IMG/VR virus record: IMGVR_UViG_3300027896_005002
Location: 1 to 64,000 of that record
DNA: 64,000 nucleotides
Reading direction: 5' to 3' (one strand)
In this document: positions 51,595-61,007 of the stretch, in pieces
How the letters are laid out: each line of letters opens with the position of its first letter
Numbering within the stretch: the stretch's first letter is position 1
Program-made: the position numbers and the translations under genes
Notes under the pieces: generated by a model
Database searches by the model: none
Told to the model about the DNA's origin: nothing
Seen by the model: only the letters and a program-made list of their open reading frames with translations

Positions 51595-52818
51595 TTAAAC
51601 AGAAACAGTTTTTCTACTTTTATTTGATATCTCAATATTTTTCTTTAAAGAATCTTTAATATTTTCATTATCACTATTTCTATATTTTATCCTTAAATTA
51701 TCATCATGATCAATATGAATTAATGAAGTGAAAGCAAATGAATGTTCATACAATCCAATATCAATAAACTTATGAAAAATATCTTCATCTTCATATCCAT
51801 ATCCATTCATCGACTCATTGAACCCATTTACCCTTTTAAAATTTGATAATTCAACAAAAAATGTACCTAACGTATGTCTATCATTAGGCAACCCTCCTCT
51901 AAAAAAACAATTTTTTACTTCAAAAATATTTAAATTACTTGCAATTTTTACATCTGAATCTATAAACATTACATACTTTGTAGTAACAAATTTAGCTCCA
52001 AAATTTCTTGATTTAGATCCATGAAATTCTTTTTGTCCATCTACTCGTATAATTTTTACCAATTTATTGAGCTCTTCAATTTCTTGCAAATTTATATCAC
52101 TAGACCAATCAACGACAATAATATTAGTAAAACCATAATTTAACCATGATTTATAACTCTGTAACAGGAAACTTTCTCGATTCATGCACACAGTAACTAA
52201 AGTAACATCATCATTATTAAAATTAAAATTAATTTTTGGATAATTAGATAAAAATTCATGACCTTCAAATTTAACTAAAATTTTATTATTATCTTGTCTA
52301 GTAAAACAAATATCTTGATTTGAAATTTGCTGCCATAATCCTGCAATATTATTTAATGTTAAACCAATAGCAAGATGTTTAAAATATCCTTCAGGTATTA
52401 TTTGAAATCTATGCTTATACTTAGCTAATAAACTAGACATGTGTCGTTTATCAAAAACAGAAAAATTATTTATAATTTCATACACTAATTCACGATCATT
52501 ATGACTTATATACATAACACATTCATAAGGACCTTTAAATAAATAGGATAACTCAGGATTAAAATCAAACCATTTAGTAATAATTATGTCAGAATCCATC
52601 CATATAGAATCAGGATTATCCCTCAAATATTGTAGTCGAAATAAAGAACTAGCAAATCGAATGTCTGAAAATTTAGACAAATCAAAATTTTGTGGAAACT
52701 TAGTAATTAATTTATATTGAACATTCTGTGGTTTATCATTTTTAATTTTATCCATGAAAAATTTGTAACATTCTGGAATTTTATCACTATTGAAAAACTG
52801 TACAATCTTCATGTTCAT
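51595..52818 (-). CDS. Two-domain glycosyltransferase (DxD-type N-domain + GT2/GT7-like C-domain)
   Basis: WMDSDI; VTVCMNR...IIVVDWSS...SRNFG...FIDSD...VNGFNESMNGYGYEDED. Confidence 0.8.
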   Translation of the reverse strand: MNMKIVQFFNSDKIPECYKFFMDKIKNDKPQNVQYKLITKFPQNFDLSKFSDIRFASSLFRLQYLRDNPDSIWMDSDIIITKWFDFNPELSYLFKGPYECVMYISHNDRELVYEIINNFSVFDKRHMSSLLAKYKHRFQIIPEGYFKHLAIGLTLNNIAGLWQQISNQDICFTRQDNNKILVKFEGHEFLSNYPKINFNFNNDDVTLVTVCMNRESFLLQSYKSWLNYGFTNIIVVDWSSDINLQEIEELNKLVKIIRVDGQKEFHGSKSRNFGAKFVTTKYVMFIDSDVKIASNLNIFEVKNCFFRGGLPNDRHTLGTFFVELSNFKRVNGFNESMNGYGYEDEDIFHKFIDIGLYEHSFAFTSLIHIDHDDNLRIKYRNSDNENIKDSLKKNIEISNKSRKTVSV

Positions 52819-52832
52819 TTATTCCAAATTGA

Positions 52833-54128
52833 TTATGCTGGAAAATTTGATTGATCATACCATACCCAATAAGAGATATATGCTGTATCAGTCCAATTAT
52901 TATACAGTCCTACTTTAACCGAATCAATTGCTGGATCATGATAAATAGCAGGATCACTATGTTTTGCATCTAGCATATATACATTTAATGTTCCAGGATT
53001 TGTTCTACTAGATGCTGAAAGATGTACCGGATCAGCATTATAAATAAAAGTAATAACTACATTACCATATTGATTATTAGTAAAATGAAAAAAACCAGAA
53101 ACCATATTTGTTAATGGTTCATCACCTGGTAAATAAGCTGTAATAAAACCAAAACCAACAAGACTTCGACTACCAGTACCTTCTGTAAAAATAATTGGTA
53201 AATCTTCTTGCTCTGCCAAATATATTCTATCAGCCTTAAAATGCGCTCCAACTGATGTAGGCGGGTCAGGATGACCAACAGGATCACCACCATAAAGAGT
53301 TTTATTTGCTACACTATACCAAATACTATTTACGGCATCATTACCTGTATCATAAATAGCAGTATATGGCGAATTAATAATTACTCTTGCTGGACTTATT
53401 GGCCATAAATTAATATCTGTAGAACAATAAATTCCAGTACTAGCACCAGCCCCGCTATTATCACCAATACTTAAAAAATTAAAAGTTGATTCATTAACAT
53501 AATTAAAAATAACAGAAAATATACCAGGATCTAAAAATGTTGCAAGAACAGATCCTATATATGTTGCAAATCCTACACCATTAACTATCATTGTACTATA
53601 AAAACTTGAGTCTATCGCTACATAAGGAACAAAACTTATAACGGCAGTACTATCTTCAATTTCAAATTTTGACACTAATGGTGCATTTCCAATACCAACA
53701 TTAGTTCCATCAGTTTTTACTGGCGATGAAGCTATAGAACTTGCACTAGTAAATTTCGCCAAATAACCGGATGATCCTGATCCAGCAAATGCTCCTGAAA
53801 TACCTGAATAACCACTAATTCCTTGCGTACCTGGTGGTCCTTGTATTCCTTGTGAACCAATATGCCCTGAATAACCTGAATAACCTGAATAACCTGAATA
53901 ACCAGATATACCTTGAGCACCAGAATATCCAGAAAAACCAAGACCTGAATATCCTGAAAATCCAGTGACAAAATGATTGCCATCTTTGTCTTTCATAACA
54001 ACATGATGAGTATCATTTGCAATTCCAGCTTGACATGGATCTAAATTTGCAATTAAATCTACTTCAGTATTATTTATCCATGTTATATGTTTTGGCACTG
54101 AATTAGGTTCATTATATTGATTACCCAT
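52833..54128 (-). CDS. Fibre-like protein with short Gly-X-Ser repeat
   Basis: GFSGYSGLGFSGYSG...GISGYSG, YLAKFT, GTNVGIG. Confidence 0.65.
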   Translation of the reverse strand: MGNQYNEPNSVPKHITWINNTEVDLIANLDPCQAGIANDTHHVVMKDKDGNHFVTGFSGYSGLGFSGYSGAQGISGYSGYSGYSGYSGHIGSQGIQGPPGTQGISGYSGISGAFAGSGSSGYLAKFTSASSIASSPVKTDGTNVGIGNAPLVSKFEIEDSTAVISFVPYVAIDSSFYSTMIVNGVGFATYIGSVLATFLDPGIFSVIFNYVNESTFNFLSIGDNSGAGASTGIYCSTDINLWPISPARVIINSPYTAIYDTGNDAVNSIWYSVANKTLYGGDPVGHPDPPTSVGAHFKADRIYLAEQEDLPIIFTEGTGSRSLVGFGFITAYLPGDEPLTNMVSGFFHFTNNQYGNVVITFIYNADPVHLSASSRTNPGTLNVYMLDAKHSDPAIYHDPAIDSVKVGLYNNWTDTAYISYWVWYDQSNFPA

Positions 54129-54137
54129 ACATCTCCT

Positions 54138-55088
54138 TTACGGAAAAAATTCAACAAAATCTGAAATATCATATGCATCAGTTGCTATTAACCCATCATT
54201 AGGATATGAATATACATCATCTATATATGTTAACTCTGAATCAAATCGCATAATTTTTCTTTTATTTGCATCATATGTCAACAATTGACCGGTCATTCTA
54301 TTTTCAGTTAATCCTAATAATGACCTGGAAATATTCTGCGTGTTGCCAATTTTATTAAAAGTGCTATCAACTCTAATTAATTTTTGCCCATTATTAAAAT
54401 AATAATCATCATTGGAATGTTTAATCACTTTATTGTAATTTGTATCAGTAAATGTACTATAAATTGTTCCTTTAGTAGTCTCACCATGGATTACCTGTCG
54501 AACTAAAGGTGAAAATGTTTGTGTTGCAAAATAATAATTTGTAATATAAATATATTCATCTATTCCAGTAATAAAATATTGAATATATACAGTTTCAAAA
54601 TCAGGTGTAGGTGATACAAAATAAAAACCTGTAGGCTTACAATTATTATTCTTTAAAGTATATAAAACATCACTCACAACAGGATCTGTTAAACTATTTG
54701 CTGATAATTTTATTATTCTAAGATTTAATTTAGAATCAACTACAATTACAAATATATTATCTTGCAGCATAGTAACTCGCCATTCATAACTTATTGCATA
54801 GGGATAACCATAATTCTCTGTTAAATATGATGCAACAAAAAATCCTTCTGGAAAAAAACTATCAAGTAAAAGTACTCTTTTATTACCAGTATCAGAGATA
54901 TAAAAATTAGTATTCGACAAACTAACATCTGAAATACATTGGGGACAATTCAATTTTGTGAGGGAATTTCCTGGAATACCAAATACACCAAATTCAATAC
55001 CATTATACACTGCAGGATCAACAGTAGCATCCAGACTTTTCAAAATATGACGTTTTGACCTTTGCGTCAAATAAATTGTTCTCGACAT
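54138..55088 (-). CDS. NHL-like beta-propeller protein (paralog 4)
   Basis: YLTQRSKRHILKSLD...FGIPG...LNCP...DAYDISDFVE. Confidence 0.7.
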   Translation of the reverse strand: MSRTIYLTQRSKRHILKSLDATVDPAVYNGIEFGVFGIPGNSLTKLNCPQCISDVSLSNTNFYISDTGNKRVLLLDSFFPEGFFVASYLTENYGYPYAISYEWRVTMLQDNIFVIVVDSKLNLRIIKLSANSLTDPVVSDVLYTLKNNNCKPTGFYFVSPTPDFETVYIQYFITGIDEYIYITNYYFATQTFSPLVRQVIHGETTKGTIYSTFTDTNYNKVIKHSNDDYYFNNGQKLIRVDSTFNKIGNTQNISRSLLGLTENRMTGQLLTYDANKRKIMRFDSELTYIDDVYSYPNDGLIATDAYDISDFVEFFP

Positions 55089-55107
55089 ATAACTTTGTCT
55101 CCATAAA

Positions 55108-56526
55108 CTAAGAAATTTCTACAATATCTGTTACGTCATATGCACTTGTCTGAAGTGTATCTCCAGTACCATGAAATACATTCTCAATAAAATTAAGATT
55201 TGCACTATATCTCGAAATTGTTTGTGTATCAGCATTATATATTAACAATGACTGATATCTAGGATCGTGAATGTCACCAACATTACTAACTTTTAAACAA
55301 CGAATAGTTTTTGCAATAATATCCGTATCACCTTCATTTACAAAACTACTATTAACTCTCAAAATTTTTCGACCATTATTAACAAAAATATATCCATTTG
55401 GATGTTTTACAATCGCATTAAAAGCTGTATTCATAAATTCATTTGGCCACGTTGGTAATTCACCAATTACAGTTTGTGTAGTAAAAACAGAAAAGTTTGT
55501 TGATTCAATTGTTTGAAATAAACTACCAACAGCATAACCGCCATTAATAGGGCGCACATTTGGTAAATAAACAGTCCAAGGAAAATGTGTTCCTGAACCA
55601 TTTGTTGATGTAACATTTACTACTAAATTACCATTTATATGATTATATGAAGTAATAGTCCCTTGCATATTATTAGATACATCGTACTTAATAATAATAT
55701 TTTGCCCTGCAGAAAATGCTAAACCTGTTCCTATAACAAGTGATTGACTGCCAGTTCCAATAGTTAAATGCGTCGATGATGATGTTGTTGAACTAGTTGC
55801 ATAAGTAGGACTTGAAACAACTCTAGCAGCTCCACTTACTATAAAACTATTTGAAGCAAATCCTCTACAAATTCCCGTCGGTCTAAACCACGCAGTTTGT
55901 ATATTGTTTAAATTTCCACTAACTTTTACACTAACTAAATTTGTTGTAAGTCTTTCAATTCTAATAAAAGGACCACTATGATCTGGTAAATAAACAGACC
56001 AAGAAGAATATGTTCCTGAACCATTTATTGATAATACATTAACAACTAATTGACCATTTATCGGATTATAAGAAGTAATCATTCCTTGCATGTTAATTGA
56101 TGGATTATTAAAATATTCAATAATAATATTTTGTCCGACTGAATATGACAAACTCGTTTGTATAACTAGAGATTGACTACCCAATCCAACAGTTAACGAT
56201 GTTATTGATGTTGATGATGGTGGTTCTCCTGCACCCATGCCAACTACATACAAATCATTTGTAATATCATCATACATTATAGCATATGGTTTACCTATAG
56301 TATTTGCAGTACTATGCTCTGAATGATACGTTAAATTGGGATAAAGTTTTACAACTCTTGAATGATCACAAACAAACCAATATCCACTATTTGCAACACC
56401 CCATGGATAATTTAATGTACTATTAGTCTCACCTTTAACACCAAACGTACCAAAACTATCACCTACAACACCATTATTTACGGCTTTAACAACATGACAT
56501 TTAGTTCTTTGTGTAAAATGAATCAT
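55108..56526 (-). CDS. NHL-like beta-propeller protein (paralog 5) with two inserted fibre-type domains
   Basis: FTQRTKCHVVK...LNYPW...SAYDVTDIVE; two inserts of the LT.G.GSQSL.I...L.(Y/F)S.GQ...MQG.ITSYN...GSGT...W type. Confidence 0.7.
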   Translation of the reverse strand: MIHFTQRTKCHVVKAVNNGVVGDSFGTFGVKGETNSTLNYPWGVANSGYWFVCDHSRVVKLYPNLTYHSEHSTANTIGKPYAIMYDDITNDLYVVGMGAGEPPSSTSITSLTVGLGSQSLVIQTSLSYSVGQNIIIEYFNNPSINMQGMITSYNPINGQLVVNVLSINGSGTYSSWSVYLPDHSGPFIRIERLTTNLVSVKVSGNLNNIQTAWFRPTGICRGFASNSFIVSGAARVVSSPTYATSSTTSSSTHLTIGTGSQSLVIGTGLAFSAGQNIIIKYDVSNNMQGTITSYNHINGNLVVNVTSTNGSGTHFPWTVYLPNVRPINGGYAVGSLFQTIESTNFSVFTTQTVIGELPTWPNEFMNTAFNAIVKHPNGYIFVNNGRKILRVNSSFVNEGDTDIIAKTIRCLKVSNVGDIHDPRYQSLLIYNADTQTISRYSANLNFIENVFHGTGDTLQTSAYDVTDIVEIS

Positions 56527-56542
56527 TTACATCCTCTTAAAT

Positions 56543-56570
56543 AAAAGGCCCACTATCCGTGAGCCTTTTT
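56543..56570 (-). terminator. Intrinsic terminator
   Basis: Minus strand AAAAGGCTCAC-GGATA-GTGGGCCTTTT. Confidence 0.65.
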
Positions 56571-56588
56571 AACAAACAACGCGATTTA

Positions 56589-58499
56589 TTAAAATAATCC
56601 TTCGCTAGCTAACCTTGCAACAAAAGCTTCTGTATTATCATAAGTTTCTACATTGCCATTTTTATCAACAATATACTCTTCAAGTACAGGTTGACCATTT
56701 TCTTCTTTATAATTAGTCTTTATTGTAATATAACCATCACCTTGCTTTACAGTGTCAACTGTTGAATAACTTTTGTTTGATTCAGCAAAAGTTACCTCAG
56801 GCATTGTAATAACTTCATCAAAAATATCATCTACTACTTGAGCAATCCTTTCATTAACTGATGATTTCTTTTTCTTCTTCTTGTCTTCTTTATAATGAGG
56901 TTCTGGCTTCTTCGTTAATTTTCCACCAGGACCCCATTTTTCACCAGGTTTCTTTTTTGACATCCACCAACTATTATGAACAAAAACACCTGCATCTAAA
57001 GCAAAATTATGATACTTATCAACCGTAAAATCATAGACATCTTCTTTAACATCAAGTACTTTTGCACTAACAACTTTATGATTAATTTTTAATTGGTACT
57101 TTTTCTCTGTTTCAAAAATAAGATTATCTAAAGTACCAAAAGTTTTGATAGCAGTACAAAAATCAGGATTGTTAATTGAATGTCTATGTTCATCCCATGT
57201 ATTTTCATTAATTGGTAAATTAGCTTCAATAATTCTTTTTGTTACTTTCATTGATTTTGCTTTTACCATATTACCAAATTTAAATTTTTCATCTACATTA
57301 ATTTTAATTTGATCAACTGTACCAAAGTGTAAAATTGCTGTAGAAAAAGATGGATTACTTTTGTATCCCATATGCTCAAACCATGTATTTTCATTAATTG
57401 ACAACCCATAATCCATTATTCTTTTTGCTATCCTCAAAATTTTTGATTTTGTAATCGTGCCATCAATATTTCTTTCTCTAATAGCTTCAATTGCTTCTTC
57501 AGATTCATTATATTTTCCTAAAGCAATTTTTCCAGCTTCAGCACCTAACATTCCATTTTCCTTACAGTTTTTAATTTGCTCACCGCGATGCTTTTGCCAC
57601 AATAATTTCATATTACGTCTTCCAATAATAGACGCCATTATTCGACCTTCTTCAGACTTATTATATTCAATTAGATATTTTGCACAATCAGCTCTACGAT
57701 GAAGTATTGAATGTTCACTACCAGTAAGTAATTTGATATTATTTGGATGGTTATTATCTTTATTAAAATCGTCATGATGATTAATAAAACCTCTTGTCCA
57801 TTCTTTACCAAACTTCATCTTAGCAACAAGTCTATGAACAAAATGTTTTTTTCCATCATTCGACCAACATCGTTTATAACCGTCACAAAAACTTCCTTCA
57901 TATCTATCAAAATAAATCGGCATCAAAGATTCATTACATTGCAAATTCTGAGCTTCTTTATAAGAACCATCAATTAACATAAACTTATGATTTTTAGTAC
58001 ATCTAATTGATTGTCCATTATCAAGAATAATCTCAATAAGCTCAGCATTATTAATTGTTTTATGAAAATTAAATGCTTTTCCTACAACAATTTTATTTTG
58101 ATCAACATCAAAAGAATAAACAAATGTTTCTTTATCTATACCAAATTCATCAACTAATTGTTTTATTGATAACACTCTTCCATCCAACAGTGGTACTTTA
58201 GTATCACCAGTAAAACACAATGCCCAAGGATTTGTAATATTCTTGTGCTTTTTCATTGCACGTGTTGTTCCTCCCCATCCTGGAGGAGATACAGCTACTT
58301 TTTCGTTTGCCAATACTTCACTGGCAACACGATCAATATTTTCATTCATACTACCTCTCCTTAAACGATTCTTAAATTGTTCCTCGATTAGTTCTTTACC
58401 ATCACTCGGCAAATCAACAAATCTCTTCTCTAACTGATCATGTCCATTTTCGGCATAATCAGTTCGTTCACGTAATGGCTGTAACTTCTCGTCTAACAT
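56589..58499 (-). CDS. Intein-containing precursor of a ~221-aa probable head protein
   Basis: Exteins join as ...MKKHKNITNPWAL|SWWMSKKKPG... Confidence 0.8.
   Translation of the reverse strand: MLDEKLQPLRERTDYAENGHDQLEKRFVDLPSDGKELIEEQFKNRLRRGSMNENIDRVASEVLANEKVAVSPPGWGGTTRAMKKHKNITNPWALCFTGDTKVPLLDGRVLSIKQLVDEFGIDKETFVYSFDVDQNKIVVGKAFNFHKTINNAELIEIILDNGQSIRCTKNHKFMLIDGSYKEAQNLQCNESLMPIYFDRYEGSFCDGYKRCWSNDGKKHFVHRLVAKMKFGKEWTRGFINHHDDFNKDNNHPNNIKLLTGSEHSILHRRADCAKYLIEYNKSEEGRIMASIIGRRNMKLLWQKHRGEQIKNCKENGMLGAEAGKIALGKYNESEEAIEAIRERNIDGTITKSKILRIAKRIMDYGLSINENTWFEHMGYKSNPSFSTAILHFGTVDQIKINVDEKFKFGNMVKAKSMKVTKRIIEANLPINENTWDEHRHSINNPDFCTAIKTFGTLDNLIFETEKKYQLKINHKVVSAKVLDVKEDVYDFTVDKYHNFALDAGVFVHNSWWMSKKKPGEKWGPGGKLTKKPEPHYKEDKKKKKKSSVNERIAQVVDDIFDEVITMPEVTFAESNKSYSTVDTVKQGDGYITIKTNYKEENGQPVLEEYIVDKNGNVETYDNTEAFVARLASEGLF
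56973..58217 (-). mobile_element. Intein (415 aa) with HNH homing endonuclease
   Basis: N-terminal CFTGDTKV, block B IRCTKNHKF, C-terminal VYDFTVDKYHNFALDAGVFVHN followed by Ser+1; HNH motif VHRLVA...HHDDFNKDNN..NIKLL..SEHSILH. Confidence 0.92.
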
Positions 58500-58735
58500 T
58501 AATAAATGTTAAAGTTCTTATCATATCCACCAGTTCCAAATCCTTCTTTCGAACGATTTGTAAGCGGAGATGATACACCGTCAATAGTAGTAACACTTGA
58601 ATCTACTCGACGTGTTGTTCCAGTTGTTGTTGGCTCAATCTGAGCAAACTTCGGGTCATCAAATCTAAAAGTTTCAACTTTTGATGCAACACCTGCAACA
58701 ACAGCTTCTTTTAAAGTAGTGTTAATAGCACTCAT
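58499..58735 (-). CDS. Small hypothetical protein
   Basis: AGGAGG RBS; stop overlaps the next start. Confidence 0.65.
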   Translation of the reverse strand: MSAINTTLKEAVVAGVASKVETFRFDDPKFAQIEPTTTGTTRRVDSSVTTIDGVSSPLTNRSKEGFGTGGYDKNFNIY

Positions 58736-58880
58736 ACTGTCCTCCTAAAAAATGTTTAAGATACTGTTATTTAATTTCATTTCATTTTTAAATAGAATAA
58801 ATATTAACTCATTATTAATATAAATGAAATCAAAGTAATTTTATTTTGATAAATATGTTACTAAAAAGGAGAAATAATTA

Positions 58881-59888
58881 ATGAACCATCTAGCAACTAT
58901 TCAATCTGAATTCGTTAAAGAAGCTCGTAAGTGGAAAGATCTAACTTATGACGAACAAAAAGGCTATTTAAAAAGACATCCTAGAACAAAAAGAAAATTG
59001 ACTGCTAAACCCGATGGTTCTTCTACAAGTCAAGAATCTTCACAAGCTGCTGGATCAGACGACGAATCTACAAAAAATAAAATTCTTAACATGACATATG
59101 CAGATTTTGCTGAAAAATTGTCTGGTCAATCAAAGTCTTCTATAAAAGATAGAATTGAAAAATTACAATTCAAAATGGATAGAACACAAGCAGCAGCTGC
59201 ACGTAGAGAACAACGAGCACAAGGAGACTTAGATGGTACAGCTTTTGAAGCAGCATATGAAAGAAATCGACCACTAGAAATTGAACAAAAATTACTTAAA
59301 CATTTTCTAGAACATGGTAATAAAAAACTACCTCCAGAATTACAACAAGAATTTGATGAAGTTAACAAACACAAACAACGACATTCCGAGTATAAACAAG
59401 AACAAAAAACAGAAAAAGAAAAACATGCACATCTAATTGGTAAAAAAATTACTTGGATATCATCAAAATATCACGGTCAAGAGATGTCTGGCATTGTCAT
59501 TGGTATAAAATCTGGCCGACATGGCGGTATTATGGCAAAAACAGACACTGGTTGGAGAGTGCCTATTAGCTTAATTAAATCAACATCTGGTTCATCTAAT
59601 GTTGAAAAAAATAAAGAAAAAGTCGAACAAAATCTTGTCAAGGCAAAAGATTTAATTGGCAAAAACATCACTTGGAAATCTAAATTCACACCTGGTAAAC
59701 GACATTTTAGAAACATGCCAGGTGCATATATGATAAAACAACCACCTCCAGGCTATGATTCTGAAAAAGGCACAGCTAGCGGAAAAGTCACAGAAGCCAG
59801 AGGTTCAAAAGTCGTAGTTGGTGGTTGGAGAATACCTTTAGCACTTATTCACGAAGTTGATGGTAAAAAATTCTCAAAATGGAAATAA
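58881..59888 (+). CDS. Hypothetical protein with shared N-terminal leader/module and two SH3-like repeats
   Basis: AGGAG RBS; LIGK.ITW...SG.V...GWR(V/I)P..LI occurs twice. Confidence 0.7.
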   Translation: MNHLATIQSEFVKEARKWKDLTYDEQKGYLKRHPRTKRKLTAKPDGSSTSQESSQAAGSDDESTKNKILNMTYADFAEKLSGQSKSSIKDRIEKLQFKMDRTQAAAARREQRAQGDLDGTAFEAAYERNRPLEIEQKLLKHFLEHGNKKLPPELQQEFDEVNKHKQRHSEYKQEQKTEKEKHAHLIGKKITWISSKYHGQEMSGIVIGIKSGRHGGIMAKTDTGWRVPISLIKSTSGSSNVEKNKEKVEQNLVKAKDLIGKNITWKSKFTPGKRHFRNMPGAYMIKQPPPGYDSEKGTASGKVTEARGSKVVVGGWRIPLALIHEVDGKKFSKWK

Positions 59889-59955
59889 ATATTATACTTC
59901 GATTTCAAACATGATTAGAAAATTTTATAGATATAAATTATTGTAAGATCATTCT

Positions 59956-60300
59956 ATGAATTTGACTGTCATATCAAAATTTTGGCATGAGATAGAACAA
60001 CTACTCATAGCAGTTGAACAACATCTCGGAGTTTGTAATCATGTTTACTTTGCAAGCGGCACATTAATAATTGATAAAGTAAATAAAATAATAGATAATA
60101 ATATAATAGGAACTGGCGTATTAGGAAGTGGTATAATCGGGCTTAATCTTAATGGAAAAGGTTTTATTACTCACAATCCTGAATTACAATATTTTAAAAA
60201 CAATAGAATTTATCAACCTCAACATATTACAATATTAGTACGAAAAATTTACCTTGACATTAAAGGTGAAACTAAATTTTATAAAAAAGAAACTGAATAA
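59956..60300 (+). CDS. Hypothetical protein
   Basis: ORF only. Confidence 0.45.
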   Translation: MNLTVISKFWHEIEQLLIAVEQHLGVCNHVYFASGTLIIDKVNKIIDNNIIGTGVLGSGIIGLNLNGKGFITHNPELQYFKNNRIYQPQHITILVRKIYLDIKGETKFYKKETE

Positions 60301-60368
60301 TTCTTTTATAATTGGACAATCTTTGATTTTAAGCTTGATTATTTTAATAATAAATAAGGACTATAAAA

Positions 60369-60434
60369 ATGTTAACACTTCGACAGACACAACCGCAGCA
60401 ACCCCGTCAACCACGGAGTAATATGCTCATGTGA
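60369..60434 (+). CDS. Attenuator leader peptide MLTLRQTQPQQPRQPRSNMLM
   Basis: AAGGA RBS at 60356-60360, ATG 60369, TGA 60432-60434; 11 of 12 consecutive codons are Arg/Gln/Pro. Confidence 0.8.
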   Translation: MLTLRQTQPQQPRQPRSNMLM

Positions 60435-60494
60435 GACTGTCGAATTATAAATAAATAAAAAAGGTCTCACATGAAAATGTTGAGGCCTTTTTTT
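60379..60494 (+). promoter_or_regulatory. Ribosome-dependent transcription attenuator (1:2, 2:3 antiterminator, 3:4 terminator)
   Basis: TTCGACAG (60379-86) pairs with CTGTCGAA (60437-44); TCATGTGAGACT (60427-38) pairs with GGTCTCACATGA (60463-74); terminator hairpin at 60463-60487. Confidence 0.8.
60457..60494 (+). terminator. Intrinsic terminator of the attenuator
   Basis: GGTCTCACAT-GAAA-ATGTTGAGGCC followed by T7. Confidence 0.85.
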
Positions 60495-60516
60495 ATGACC
60501 AAAAGAAAGTGAGACA

Positions 60517-60849
60517 ATGCAAACATCTTATTTTGCAAAATCAGCAAAAGATAAAAACGCCATATCAATAGCATTGAAAAGTCCAGACTGGTTTGAAGGC
60601 AAAGAATATAAGAAGTTAGCACCAAAATATTGGTTACTTAAAAAATATAAAGACGATGGTAATGAAGAATTTTATACAATACAATACCAGAAAGAGGTCC
60701 TAGATCTATTAGATCCTAAACAGGTATATGAAGAACTAGGAGAGAATGCAATTTTATTATGTTGGGAAAAATCTGGAAAATTCTGTCACAGACGCTTAGT
60801 AGCAAAGTGGTTTAAAGAAAAATTAGGAATAGAAATTAAAGAATTATAA
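60517..60849 (+). CDS. DUF488-family protein
   Basis: TSYFA, ISIA..SP.WF, LAPK, LLCWEKSGKFCHRRLVAKW. Confidence 0.75.
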   Translation: MQTSYFAKSAKDKNAISIALKSPDWFEGKEYKKLAPKYWLLKKYKDDGNEEFYTIQYQKEVLDLLDPKQVYEELGENAILLCWEKSGKFCHRRLVAKWFKEKLGIEIKEL

Positions 60850-60857
60850 ATATTTGT

Positions 60858-60933
60858 CCAGGTGTCGCCTAGTGGTTAGGGCACTACATTTGGGATGTAG
60901 ATATCGTGCGTTCAACTCGCACCACCTGGACCA
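60858..60933 (+). tRNA. tRNA-Pro(UGG)
   Basis: Acceptor CCAGGTG/CACCTGG, anticodon arm CTACA-TT-TGG-GA-TGTAG, encoded CCA. Confidence 0.93.
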
Positions 60934-61007
60934 TCTTAATCTTAATTTTAGTGAGGCGTATGGTTTAATAATCAGTTTATAACGTTCATATCTAAAAAGG
61001 AGACGAT

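Noticed and set aside
60300-60356. Candidate sigma70 promoter (TTGATT-17-AATAAT) for the leader
   Set aside because: A weak match in very AT-rich DNA, and the implied start site would clip the RBS. The promoter cannot be placed from sequence alone.
60379-60494. T-box or metabolite riboswitch interpretation of the leader
   Set aside because: No T-box consensus (AGGGTGGNACCGCG) or recognisable aptamer. A translated leader explains the helices better.
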